DNA of 64,000 bases from Carcharhinus longimanus (Eukaryota), in assembly GCA_030264375.1 (NCBI GenBank), contig JASCQW010000168.1, forward strand, positions 24,229,822-24,293,821, read 5' to 3'. Shown in pieces: positions 13,345 through 64,000 of this stretch. The notes beneath the pieces were generated by a model that was given only the letters and a program-made list of their open reading frames with translations, had not been told where the DNA came from and did not search any database. Each line of letters begins with the position of its first letter. The stretch's first letter is position 1. The position numbers and the translations under genes were made by a program.

Positions 13345-14515
13345 TGTGTTTGGCCCATATCTCTCTATACCAAATATGTAAGAAGATTACAGATAGCTCC
13401 AAGAAAAATAGGGTGATAATAGTGGGAGACTTTAACTTTCCCAACGTTGACTGGAACAGTCATAGTATTAGGGGCTTGGATGGAGAGAGATTTGTTGCGT
13501 GTGTAGAGAAGATTTATCAGCATGTTACTGGGACTTGATGGTTTGAGTTACAAGGAGATACTGGATACTGGGACTTTTTTCCCTGGAGTGTAGAAGGCGT
13601 AGGAGTGATCTTATAGAGGTCTATAAAATAATGAGGGGATAGATAGGGATGATAGTCAACATCTCTTCCTAAAGATAGGGAAGATAGGTTTAAGGTGAGA
13701 GGGGAGAGAGATACAAAAGGGTCCAGAGTGGCAATTTTTTCACACAAAGGGTGGAGAGTCTCTTGAACGAAAAGGCAGACTAGTAGAGACGGGTACAATG
13801 TTGTCTTTAAAAAGCTTTCAGATAGTTACATTGGTATAGAGGGATATGGGCCAAACACAGGCAATTGGGATTAACTTAATGGTAAAAACTGGGTGGCATG
13901 GACAAGTTGGGCTGGAGGATCTGTTTCCATGTGGTAAAAGTCAGTCTAGTCTACTACCTGGTATCGCAGTATTCTCCTCAACTACACTGACTTTTTCCTG
14001 CGTGAATACTGACGAAAAATACTCATTCGGTGCCTCTCCTATCTCTTCAGGTTCCACGCACAACTTCCCACTGCTGTCTCTGACTGGCCCTAATCTTGCC
14101 CTAACCAATCTTTTATTCTTGACATACCTNNNNNNNNNNNNNNNNNNNNNNNNNNNNNNNNNNNNNNNNNNNNNNNNNNNNNNNNNNNNNNNNNNNNNNN
14201 NNNNNNNNNNNNNNNNNNNNNNNNNNNNNNNNNNNNNNNNNNNNNNNNNNNNNNNNNNNNNNNNNNNNNNNNNNNNNNNNNNNNNNNNNNNNNNNNNNNN
14301 NNNNNNNNNNNNNNNNNNNNNNNNNNNNNNNNNNNNNNNNNNNNNNNNNAAGTAAGGCTCACTGGTCTATAATTCCCAGGATGGTCTCTACTCCCCTTCT
14401 TGAACAAGGGGACAACATTTGCTATCTTCCAGCCTTCCAGCACTATACCTGAAGCCAATGACGACATGAAGATCAAAGCCAAAGGCTCTGCAATCTCCCC
14501 CCTAGCCTCCCAGAG
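13345..14515. mobile_element. CR1 LINE fragments nested in the Gypsy element
   Basis: VIIVGDFNFPNVDW (endonuclease, plus strand), a CR1 3' tail, and WKIANVVPLFKKG..PGNYRPVSLT (minus strand). Confidence 0.85.
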
Positions 14516-14738
14516 AATGACTTTATCAACAGAAGAAAAAGATCAAAGGTCTTGAGTAGCCAAATTCCAGAATGTTGAATGCAACCCACATGAAATGAAC
14601 ATTCACCTGAGAGACTGTCTTATGAAAAGTATCAATGGGAAATGATGCAAAATAACATATCTACTGTTTAATTGTGTCTGCTGTTTAACCATTAAGAAGG
14701 ATTGCCATTTGGGGACTAATGAAGTAAAAGGGGAGGGA

Positions 14739-14940
14739 TGTTATGTGTTAAAAGTGATTGCATCTCTGTTGTGCATAACATCATTGACCTGTAGTATTGC
14801 AAGCAGAAATACTTGAGGGGTTTTTGGGGCTCTTCCATCTTGGACATTGAACAAGCCACATCTCCTAATAAACTTACATTGTGTTTAACTTAAACCCACA
14901 CGTGTGGCACCTCTTTAATTTTCTCTTTCCGGTCATTACA
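14739..14940 (+). mobile_element. 3' LTR of the Gypsy element
   Basis: Polypurine tract AAAAGGGGAGGGA immediately before TGTTATG...CATTACA termini; internal AATAAA. Confidence 0.6.
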
Positions 14941-15544
14941 CAACTACAGAAAGTGTTGAAAGTACTCAGCAGATTAGCAGTATCTGTCGAGAGAGAAATG
15001 GAGTTAATGGGTTGAATTGTCCTTTTTTTGGCAAAATGTTGTTCTGAATGGAAAAAGCGGTGATTAGTCCATCAGTGGTGTTGATAGGTTTACACGCCTT
15101 TTTTTCATCACTTTACAAAATAATTGTTAACAGAAATCATGCTGCCTCTGTGGCGGGTGGCCTCTGATTCTTCCACCCTGTCATCAGCTGAGCTCTTCAA
15201 TCAACTCCATTTAAAGGCTTTTCCAGCACTCCACAGCCACTAAGGTCCAATGAAAAGAATGACCACAAAGGAGTCTACACCTCAAATTTCAGAGGGCTCC
15301 CTCACCAGGCTAATGGATACTATGGAGCAACACTGAAACATCCTCTACCTGCACACAGGGAGGAAACCCTCAAGTAAGTTCACCAACCTTGCATGGTTCA
15401 GTATCAGTGATGACAAGATGGGTCATCCACTTATGCCTGAAGTTGCAATCACCTCAATTTTATCCTCATCACTTGTGTCTCAGGCACCACTTTACAAATC
15501 ATGTATTATATATACAGCTTACATGTGATATCTTTATATTATGA

Positions 15545-16650
15545 ACAATGTTGATTAAATTGCACCTTTAAATAGTAAAATGTCTCCAGGCACTACACAG
15601 GAGTTACTGGATAACTGATACTGAGCCATATAGGATCAAAATCTTGATCAAAGAATTAGGGTTGAAGGAGCATTTTAAAAGAGGTGGGATACAGGTAGAT
15701 ATGGGAAAATTTATAGAGAGAATTTCAAAATGTGGGACTTAAGCAGTAGATAGGTGGAGTGCAGAGCTATCAGTTTTCTCATGTACGCTGACAACAAAGT
15801 TTAATGCCTCCACCAATCCTCTGAACCCCTCAACATTCTAGAAACTGCTTTCCTGTCATGCAGTGGTGGATGAGCAGAAATATCCTCTCACAAAAATTTG
15901 GGAACAAAGAAACCAGCGTCTCCAGCAAAAAAAAATCCCTAGCCCCCAATTCCATATCTCTCCCTGGCAACTGTCCGAGCTGAACTAGATAGTTTACAAT
16001 CTTGGTGTCACATTTGGCACCAAGATGAGCTTTCAACAACATATCTATGCTGAGACCTTCTATGTCAGCTCTGTAATGTTGCACAACCTAACTCCTGTCT
16101 CAGTCCATCTGCTGCCTCAATCCTTATTCATGTCTTTACTGTCTCTAGATTTGACAATTTCAATGCTCTCTTGGCTGACTGCCCACATTCTACACTACCC
16201 GCCTCCCCCAAAACCTGTGTTTATTCAAAAGTCAACAGCCCATATCTTAGTCCTGTTTACCCATTACCCTGTTCTCAATGATTAACATTGGCTTCAGTTA
16301 AGCAATGGTCCACTTTTAAATTCTCATCCTTATTTTTAAACTTTTCCAAGGATCCCTGTAATCTCCATCAGTCTTCTCAATTGTCAATTTCTGATCCCTT
16401 GAGCATTGCTAATTTTCAATCACTACCATTGGTGGCAGTGCCTTCAGCTGCCAAAACTCTGGAATTCCCTCCCTAAATCTTGCTGCCTCTCTTCCTTTCT
16501 TTTCACCACCAATACACTCCTTAAAACATGTTCTTTTACCCAGCTTTTGGTCACCTGCCCTAATATCCCCTTATGTGCCCTTTTTTAACTTCTGTGAAGT
16601 CTATTTTAGTAGGGTGAAGGAATACTACCAATGCAAGTTGTTGTTATATG
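15545..16650. mobile_element. Old L2-type LINE fragments
   Basis: ATGTACGCTGAC (YAD) RT remnant, TLWNSLP-type 3' region and ATGCAAGTTGTTGTT tail. Confidence 0.6.
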
Positions 16651-19349
16651 GTGGGAGGTAGTTACAAAGATATGATAAGGGTCAGAGCGTGGAGGGCCTT
16701 GAAAACAAGAATGAGAATTGTAAATACTAGTTTACACAACATACATATTTCTACCCATATGTTACATCACTTCACATGTTATATGTTCTTATATAGTAAA
16801 CTTAAGACTAAACTAAAAAATTCAGCAAACTGAAAAACATCCTGCCAGAAATGTTCTTCATTGTCCTGCACCCCGTTCTCCTCAGGAGAAAGCAACCACA
16901 AAGGGAGAATTTTCATTCCGAGGGAGTGGGAGCAATGCTGAATGGAATGTGGAAAGTGTTTGGAGGCATCCACAAGGGCTGCCAGGTGTGAAGGTGGGCT
17001 GTTTATAAGGCCTGTCTCCTTTGCTTTGGGACTTTGTCCTGGTTACAGTAGAACAGAAAAATGCTCTTTAGCACTCATCTCCTACACGTTCCCTATAATG
17101 TCCCCATACCAACTTATGCCCCTCCGCCCACTCCTTTGGCTCCTCATGCTTTTCATGCCAAGCTATGCCCCTCCACCTTTGCCAATGGCCCCACATACAC
17201 TCCATGTCAATCTATGCTCTGTACAGAACCAATGAACCCTAATGCAAGTGAGAAAAAACTTTGAAAAATCACTCACTCATTCAAAACTTCCTTACAAAAA
17301 AAATTCCCACAGACCGATAAAAGTGTCAGTTATTTACAGTATCAATAACAGAAAAACAAGCGCTTGACCCCTCTTTACCTTCTCTAAATAAACATGAGTA
17401 ATTGAGAAATATATCTAAGAGAAAAAGCTGTCAATCAAGCAATGTTTTCCCTTGGGCACAACTTGTTGCAACAGACTAATGGATGTTTGGGCTTTCAGCC
17501 AAGAACACACAACAAAATTGTAAAATCATTTGGAAGAATCATGTATCTCAAAAGAGAAAAGGGCTACAATGAGTATTTTTTAATTCGTTTTTCTGATGTG
17601 GGTGTCACAGGCAAGGCAAGCATTCATTGCTCTTCCATAATTGCTCTTGAAGAAGATGGTGGTGAGGCCCAAGTTCATGAGCCTGTGTAATACGTGTGGT
17701 ATAGATACATTCGCAGTGCTGGTAGGGAAGCAGTTCTAGATTCTTAATCCAGTAAGAGTGAAGGAATAGCAATATAGTCTGAAGTCAGGATGGAGTGTGA
17801 CTTGAGATTCTACAACTGATAATTCCAACTTAAAGCCACTAATCCCAATTCTTTTTTCTTACTATATTCTGATAACTAGATGAAAAATAAATTAACATCT
17901 TTTCAGCTTCAAATCAGCATCATCAATGCTTGACAGATTAATATCTTTACTACGTTAAGTCTAAAAGCAACAAATTAATCATAAGAAAGTGTTGAGAAGA
18001 TGGCAGTCCAGAAGCAAATGTTGACACACATCAAGTAACCTACAATCAAGAAGCTGGAGTAAATATACCAGCAACACCTAGTTGTAACACCAACATTTAT
18101 TGGGTTTTACAATTTGGACATTTTTGAACCAACCTGATTGAAGATGAAGAATTCTTTGATCTGTAGCTATAATCGAGCCTGGAGTCATTGAATAATTGAT
18201 CTAATTCTAAAAATGGAGAGAACTGGAGACTTTGTGGACAGCTCAAATTGTAATTTACTGAATGATCTTCCCATCCAGAACTATTTTATGATAATTGCCT
18301 GATGACAATCTTTGCACAGAACTTGAGTGGTTGACAATATGGAAAATAAATGGTTAATATGATCATTGAATTATACTGAAAGATATTGCCTCTTACTGTA
18401 AGTTCCTGCTATATCCTTGGTTTACACGTCTGGCCCATTTTTCTAAATTTTTTTTGCCATTTGCGCTGAAACTAAGGGTTATGATATTGTGAAGAACAAA
18501 GATGATATTGGTGACAAGGCATGAGGTCTAAACAATCGTGTTTGTTCTTTCTGAAACAATTCTATAAATACCAGATTCTTTGAGAGATATTGGTATGCTG
18601 AGACTCTTCCCTGCATGCTTGTAATAAAAATTCCCTTCTTTCAGCTCAGTCCAAACTCAGTGCTTTTTTATCCAAAAGTTGATAAGTAGAAGCAGCAAGA
18701 GTTCTTTGAACACTGTATCAATGTGGAATGAGGGGTCTGAATGAGCACTTTTTAAGATGGATTCACACTACAAGTTTAGTGTCTGAATATTGTCCACTGT
18801 TTGTCTTTTCCTTTCTTCCGCCATCATCATTAGAGTGTCCTCAAACATTACAACCCTACAATCTTAATTTCTCTTTTTAGTGCTTATCTTTTTATTGGAT
18901 GTCCTCTTCTTGTTTTGCCTAAGGAAACTGAGGGATTACATTGATGGCAAATTGAACATTCCTTTACCCTTTGCACCCAACAGCAGTCTCAATCTCACTT
19001 GATTCAACACTTCCAACTGGTCCACTGCGACATTCCATCAACTGCTCCAGCTTTCCCAATTTCTGTTTTCTTCTTTGACCAGCATTAACAGTTTGGTGCC
19101 AGTTTATAAGACACTACTTCCTGCTGGAGACAGAAGGCCTTCATTCTATTAAACCCAATACGGATCCTAGCACAGGGTCCAGGAGTGAGAGGACCTTACT
19201 TAAAATCACAGAGCGTAACTTTTCACCAGCTTGTTTTCTCCTAGAAAAGAATATATGTGTGTTTGTCAGGACTTCAATTTTGTCAACCGAAGAGCTCACT
19301 TCAAAAGTTCCATACCCACTCGACAGTTAGTTAACATTAAAAAGCTGCA

Positions 19350-22300
19350 CACAGTTTCATCTGAATACATATTTATTAGATAAATATTAGGTTGTCACAT
19401 CATCTAACTACATACAGTTTGCAAGACTAAAAATCACAATTAGTTTTCTGACCAGTTTAAAGTATGAAATGATTGCATTGTACATACAATGTACAAACAG
19501 AAAAAAAAACAATGGTCATATCTGCATGTGACAGAGACTGTACCCTTTTTGAATTCTTGAATGATCATGATATCAAAAATTGTACAAACTATGAATTTGG
19601 TTACAATCTTTTTTTAACCCCTCATTTTCTTCATTAATTTTGTAGCACCTTAAAAATATGCAGGTGATCTACTAGATAATACACTGAAGCTAAATATTAC
19701 ACATAAGTAAAACAAAGGTTTCTTCTGAAGGATCAGAATATATTACAGAGGTGAATGAATGCTGAAACTTCACGAAAGATAACAAACAGTATTCATTTTC
19801 CACACAGTCACTTCTGATGGATTGCAAGCTTGTTGAGACAATGCACATTTCAGGAAAATGAACGCACTTCTCTTTACATTGAACATGTCTCCCTTTGTCA
19901 TTTACATATGTACACATGTCCCTTAGTCCCTGCCATAGACGATGGTATCTGCTTTGTCCTTACAGAGTCTGAGCAGGGATTCAAAGATCACCGACGTTCC
20001 TTCCCAATCAGGGTTTCACAGTGGCTACTATAAAACCATGGGAACTGGACGTATGAAACAGCTCTAAAAAAAAAATCAACACCAAACATGCCAGTGCTCA
20101 CTCACTAGCAGATTTTTTTTGTTTTAAAATAACATTATAACATGTTAGAACATTTTTTTTTCCGGAAAAATACATTGGCAGTGCATTGTTTGTCATTGGA
20201 TACTCTTCACTTATCCTATGTGTTTTGTCGAAGCTGTTTCAAACAAACAAGTTCCCAGTTATGAACCAGTAGCTTGCCAGACCAATAGACTAGCTGCTCT
20301 TAAAATGGGAAGAAACTAAAACGGGTCACAGAAAATAGCCTCATTATATCCACACAAGTAGAAGCCAGGACTGGAGCACTGGAGCAGAGAATTACCACTT
20401 GCCCCCAGGTCAACTCAACCCTCAAATGTGGGGATCCTCGCAGTGTCAATTCACAATTACAGCCAATTGATTTGGTGATGTATATCACCCTCTTAAGCTC
20501 ATGTTCCTTAAATGTAGGTGCATATCACATTGATGTCCCAAATCAAAAAAAATGTGACACAGGTCAACATTTTGTATTCGAACCTTCCAGGAATTATCCA
20601 AAATCCCTCTCCAGAGATAAAGTATACTCAAATCCACTTACGTTTATGCCCATATTTCTGTTAAGTGAAAATCCTAAAAGAACATCCCCCTTCCTTCTCT
20701 GTATTCTTTGCCCATTAACAAACTTTACAGTTATGAAGCCCTGCCCAAATGTGTACCTTTTAATTATACATATTAAACAATGTTTACAGCCCACTTCCTG
20801 TCAAACTTGCTCGATATCTAAAAGCAGTAACAGAGGAAGCGATGGCATTCGGAAACTTACTTTGCAACAAAAAGAATTCTAAAAACTGAGTGCCAAAACT
20901 GGCAATTAAATGGCTAATATCCCCAGCAGTGAAACATGTTGTTCACTTAACAGAAATGAAGTGTCCTGCGCTAGTGACTTGTGTTCTCTCTTCCACTTAA
21001 TAGAGCACAGTTGAGAGCTTAGAGGCTTGGAAAAGGAGGGGAATGCTTTCACTTGTAATTTCTACAACTTTAAGTTTTGGGTCAGGATGGAGAATGCTCC
21101 TCTACTCTGCAGAGGAATCCTCTTTGAAAGCGGGACCACATTTTAAAAACCACAGAAAAAGACAACCAATCTGATCATGGAAAAAGTTGAATATTACCAA
21201 AGACGTTACTAAAATATTCACAAAGGTATTTACAATAGCATTTTAAAATAATCAATTTGCATACTGAACATCGCCTTTAACATGAGACAGGGTAAAAGAA
21301 CCTCAAATGTATTCAATTACTTGGCAACTTTCTACATGACGATTACAGATCAATACTGCTACTAGCAAAGGCAAATAGCCATTCATTTTAATATCTACAG
21401 CTGAGTACTGGTAACTAGCATACATAACTATGCACATACAGCAGTGATGGATCAGATTTTGTCTTCTAGGCAGAGCAAAATGTAGGGAAAATAAACAAGT
21501 GACTTTGGTGATTAAAGCATCCTCCAAGCTCCCAGTGGCAAGCTTGGTTCAAATCATTTTATCGTACGTTGAAAAGAAAAAAGATCAGCTTAATAATAAT
21601 ATTTTTTTAAAAAAACAAGGTAATAAAAATTAACTGGAAACACAACAAATCCCTCTGGCACTTGCAATTGTGTAGCACAGGTAGCATCGCAGATTACAAA
21701 TGTACAGGTTTTTGGGAGGGGCAGGGTACTTAGTACAATGGTGGAGGTATTAACTGGTACACGGTCAATCTGCGTTTGGACTGCACAGATGCAGGGTAGT
21801 TGTTGTGCACACATGCAGGTATTTTTCTCCCCCAACCACTGAACAACACAGCTTGAATAAGATATAATCAGCACAAAATGAGGACTGAAGAGGTATGGTG
21901 CCCATGCAGGTTAAAGAGGTGTCAGTTGGTGAAAGGAAAAAGCATCACTGGTGCATGACAGTGGTTGTGGCTCCCAGGCAGAGGAAAACACAAACCAGGA
22001 AAACGTTGCAGATGTCTTCAGCCACTGACCATGAGGGTTCCCAACTTTTTCGGCAGTGGACCATGCCCAGCTCACCAACCTTTGTGCTGCAACAACTTGT
22101 CTGACATTTGCTGCTTCCGCTGGACACAATCATGACACTGATACTTTACTTTTGAGACTGAGCAGCAAACATTGGGATCTTCTAATGATTTGCCCAGTAT
22201 GGATAGAATGCGAGTTTGGCACAACAGTGCCAATGAGACACCTGTGCTTTGCAATAAAACACTGCAAGGAATGAATACATTTGCATTTGACTTGCAGTTA

Positions 22301-22995
22301 GCCAGTAGTCCCTTACGTTGCAAAATAAAGATAAAAGAACAAACAGGAAAAAATCTCTGTACATGTACCGAAATAGACAGCAACAGAAGACATTTCTTCA
22401 GGTACGGAGGCCACAACTTCCCTTCCACTGTTTTTGTACATATGTTCTCAATTTGACATTCATGTCAGCATTGTTGTGCTTTCTAGTTGCATTCTGACCT
22501 AAATATTTTCTTACGTCCATCCCTCCTCTTAGTCCATCTTCTGCTATTGTCACTGGAGCTGCTGAATGAAGCAACTGCGTCTAGTATAATGAATTAGAGA
22601 TGGGGGGGTGGGTGGGAAGGTAGAGGAGGGCACGTTGGGGACTGGCCTACAAAAACAATCCTTCCCGCCTTTCATTGTCATTTTTGTCAAATTTAGCGCC
22701 TGGACACTTTACACAATGGAATTTGTCCTATTTATTCACAAAAATCAATTGGATAAAGCTACAAGGTTTTTCTTTTTTCAAAAAAAAGATCATAAATGAT
22801 GTTTCCAGTGAAGCCGCAAGCTTCCTCCCCCACCGCCCACACTGCGTTCAGTCAATGCAAGCGTGCAAGACAACCAACTTGGAAGGAAGAGGAGCCTGGA
22901 GTGCATCATTTCATCTAGTGTAGGAGCTCTTGCAGAATAGGGTGTTTTGACTTCTTGTGCGGCTACATGGTGAGGATGTGTGAAGGGACTTGCTT
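19350..22995 (-). other. ZMIZ2: ZMIZ gene 3' UTR (about 3.6 kb) with AATAAA at 19372-19377
   Basis: Follows the stop codon; repeat-free and U-rich; AATAAA followed by GU/U-rich downstream sequence. Confidence 0.6.
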
Positions 22996-60768
<37,773 letters not shown>

Positions 60769-62890
60769 CTGTGCAGAGAGAAAAGAACCATCATAAGAAC
60801 CTTACCCTTCCAAAAAGAACTGGTGGTGACAAGTTTGAAAGTTTTTACACACTAAGGTCTTTAATTGTGAAGATCAGCTGGGATTATATTTGATGGTTGT
60901 CAGGGGATAGCTACTGCTCTATCAATCACACGCACACATATATGTGCAATCACAATGACACAGTCACACACTAAAACATACAACCATGCACAGATCCAGA
61001 GTCAACCAAACACACACACACACCTATCATAGAAACCTATCACAGTGCAGAAAGAGGCCATTCAGCCCTTGGAGTCTCCATGACTCTTTGACAGAGTATC
61101 TTATCCAGGCCCTTTTCCCCAACCCTATTCCTGAAATCCCACATATTTATCCCCTTTACCCCCCCAACCTACAGATCTTGGGACACTAAAGGGCAATTTA
61201 ACATGGCCAATCCACCTAAGCTGCACATCTGTGGGAGGAAATCAAAGCACCCGGAGGAAACCCACACAGACATGGGGAGAATGTGTAAACTCCACAGACA
61301 GTCACCCAAGGCTGCAATTGAACTAGAGAATCGCCCACCTAAATCAAAGGTCATCATTTGTGAAACAGACAAAATGGAGGCTTCCTCATTGGGACTGTTT
61401 GCTCCTGCATCAACCAGACAGCACACAATATTCACCATCCCTGTGCAGCTGACCTGCCCGCATCAAACTGTCATTTTACATGTAATGGTTATTTTACATA
61501 AAAATATGTCTGTGGAACAATGGTGGTAATTTACACTCATCCGGGGCACACTTCCAATAATCCTGCTAAGCCTGTTCAAAATTTCTGACATAAAGCTGAA
61601 GGATTTATTGATGGCTTGAGTGGCTTTGCTCTGTACTTTTCTGGCTTTTTATTTATTCCAACACATTCAACACAAGTGCCTAATAAGAAGGATCAGAGAC
61701 ACAGAGCATTTAACTAAAGTGCTAATGTCTTCAGAGGGAGCTCAGCTACAGAATCACCTGCTTGGGCTCCTTCCTCAGGTAGATTTGTCTCACTGCAGTT
61801 TGCAGGGATGTCCTCAATATTGGACAACCTCAGCATTGTCTTTATTACAGCTGTCCTCGAATAAATTTAAGTTTACTTATTCAGGCTTACATTAAGACTG
61901 CGATGAAGTGACTGTGAAAGTCCCCTAGTCCTCAGTCTGGCGCCTGTTCGGGTACACTGAGGGAGAAATTAGCAGTGCCAATGCATCTAACCTGCACATC
62001 TTTCAGACTGTGGGATGGTGTGGGAGCACCCTGAGAAAACCCATGCAGAGACGGGGAGAACGTGCAAACTCTACAGTGACCCAAGCCGCATATCGAACCC
62101 AATCCCTGGCAGCAGTGTTACGCATTGCGCCACTGTTACAAATGAATATGATGTTATGTTATTCATTAAGAAGTAACTAGCTGCTATGAGGATGTACATN
62201 NNNNNNNNNNNNNNNNNNNNNNNNNNNNNNNNNNNNNNNNNNNNNNNNNNNNNNNNNNNNNNNNNNNNNNNNNNNNNNNNNNNNNNNNNNNNTAATGTCT
62301 GATTCTTTCGAACTTATAGGAAACAGTACACATGACATATCGGAGGATGGGGGGGCGGGTGGGAGAAGAGAGAGAGAGACTGAGAGGTGGTACTTCAGAT
62401 TGCGCAGTGGAATGGTCAGTGCTGCTTTCGGTTAAGTGAAAGAAGGGCTTTTGTACATCTGACGTTTTGTCACATCTACAGCTTCACTGGGCACCTCAAG
62501 AGCCGAGTGAAGGCAGTGCCAGTTCATTTGGCGTAAGTGGGTGGCCTCACAAGCCCTCGCGCCAGGGACAGACTGGATTTCCACCAGGGATTCCGGCCCA
62601 CAATCCAGTGATGCCTGCTGCCAGAAAGCATAGCCGTGGATCTGTCAGGTGAGAGAGGTGGGATCAGCCCCTACCTAATCAGCCTCGCAAGACTATTTCT
62701 TGCCCACCCCGAAACATCCAGGTTCACAAGAAGGTGCGACAAAGGATGACATTGGGACTGAGAGGTTCTAACCATCAGGAAAAACTTGAACAGCATTGTT
62801 TCTCTAGAGAAGTGAAGGTAAAGGGGTGACCTGAAAGATAGAGGTCTTTAAAAGTAAGAAGGTTTCTGATAGCAGAAACGCAAACAAGAG

Positions 62891-62925
62891 GTGTGTGTGT
62901 GTGTGTGTGCGCGTGTGTGTGCGTG
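62891..62925. repeat. (GT)n/(GC) microsatellite
   Basis: Direct inspection. Confidence 0.9.
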
Positions 62926-64000
62926 TGGTGGGGAGGAGGCAGGCAGATACCAAGTTTAGGAATCATCAACCTAAGATAGCCACTAATATATCCAATATGT
63001 AATTCAGGAGAAATCTCTTTACAGAGAGTAGTTAGAATGTAGCACTCTCTATCTCCAGGAGTAGCTAAAGCAAAGAGCATAGATATATTTACGGGGAAGG
63101 TAGACAAACTAGAGGGAGNNNNNNNNNNNNNNNNNNNNNNNNACTTGGTGGGTTTCGATGGGTAAAACGGCCATTGTGGAATATAAGCATTAGCATGGGC
63201 CAGTTGGGCCAAATGGCCTGTTTCGGTGCTATACATTGTGTATGATTCTTACACTCAGCTCAATGCTCTTGAATGTACTTTAGTAAGGCGCTGCATGACT
63301 GTTGAGCTCTCAGGTACCGAGCAGTAGCTCCCCAGCATGGCTGTACTGCTCTTGGACAGAAAATGGAGGTATCGCGAATCATCCAGTGCTAAGGAGGTGA
63401 AATTCTTAAAACAAAAAAAATCAGGTTTCCTATTTGAGATGTTGCCTTCATTCATTCTTTGTAGTAAAACCAGGGCTACAGTTTTGAAACATTTTTCGAA
63501 CCTGTTTAGATGGCCCTCATGGTTGATATTTAATTTTGAAGTTGCCTTCAATCTTCCATTGTGTCTTCCTCTGGGGAATCAAGTGGTGCCGGTCCTGTGG
63601 ATAGCCACAAGGTGGCAGTCCCAGCAAACCTTTAAACCTAAAAGGAGCCTCACTTACAGTGGGAGGGGGGAGGAATTTACCAATAAGCATTCGATCACAT
63701 CAGATGGATCACTACTACGAATGTGTTGACTGCGAGCAGCCCTTGTCTTTTTTTCTCTTACCCACCTGATACTATTGCTGAACTGCAGATGTCATTGCTG
63801 TCGAGCACAGCCGCTTTGTATTGAGCGCAGTGCTGAGAATGCTACTGAGAGGAACAAAGTGCACATTGAGACAACGGGCAGCCATGTCAAAACATACACA
63901 CACTGCAGCTTCCACAGCTCAGAGGCCCCTAGACTGTTCTCTGTACGGTATAAACCGGCCATTTTGAGAGAGAAAGAGAGAGAGAAAAACGATCTGTGTG

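Overview
Vertebrate genomic DNA with N-gaps. The repeat complement (HE1/V-SINE-like, DeuSINE-like, CR1/L2, Penelope-type ends) points to an elasmobranch (shark). Two spliced genes lie head-to-tail on the minus strand. (1) A ZMIZ-family MIZ/SP-RING coactivator gene with 18 visible coding exons (60768 down to the stop at 22996; 2915 coding nt, about 970 aa, 5' exons beyond the window end) and a 3' UTR of about 3.6 kb. Diagnostic residues and the neighbouring gene favour ZMIZ2, but it keeps a ZMIZ1-type N-terminal domain exon. (2) A cytosolic-type cyclophilin (PPIA-like), exons 1-4 at 6247-4153, with a PPIF-type intron after a 97-nt exon 4. The 13-kb spacer holds decayed Gypsy LTR elements. Notable extras: candidate cassette, poison and alternative-last exons with an RBFOX-motif cluster, three families of degenerate minimal hammerhead-ribozyme motifs (one as a 166-bp palindrome), a 5S rRNA pseudogene abutting a SINE, and a 27-bp minisatellite. 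No prokaryotic or CRISPR system is present. Comparisons with human paralogs are from memory and need database confirmation.
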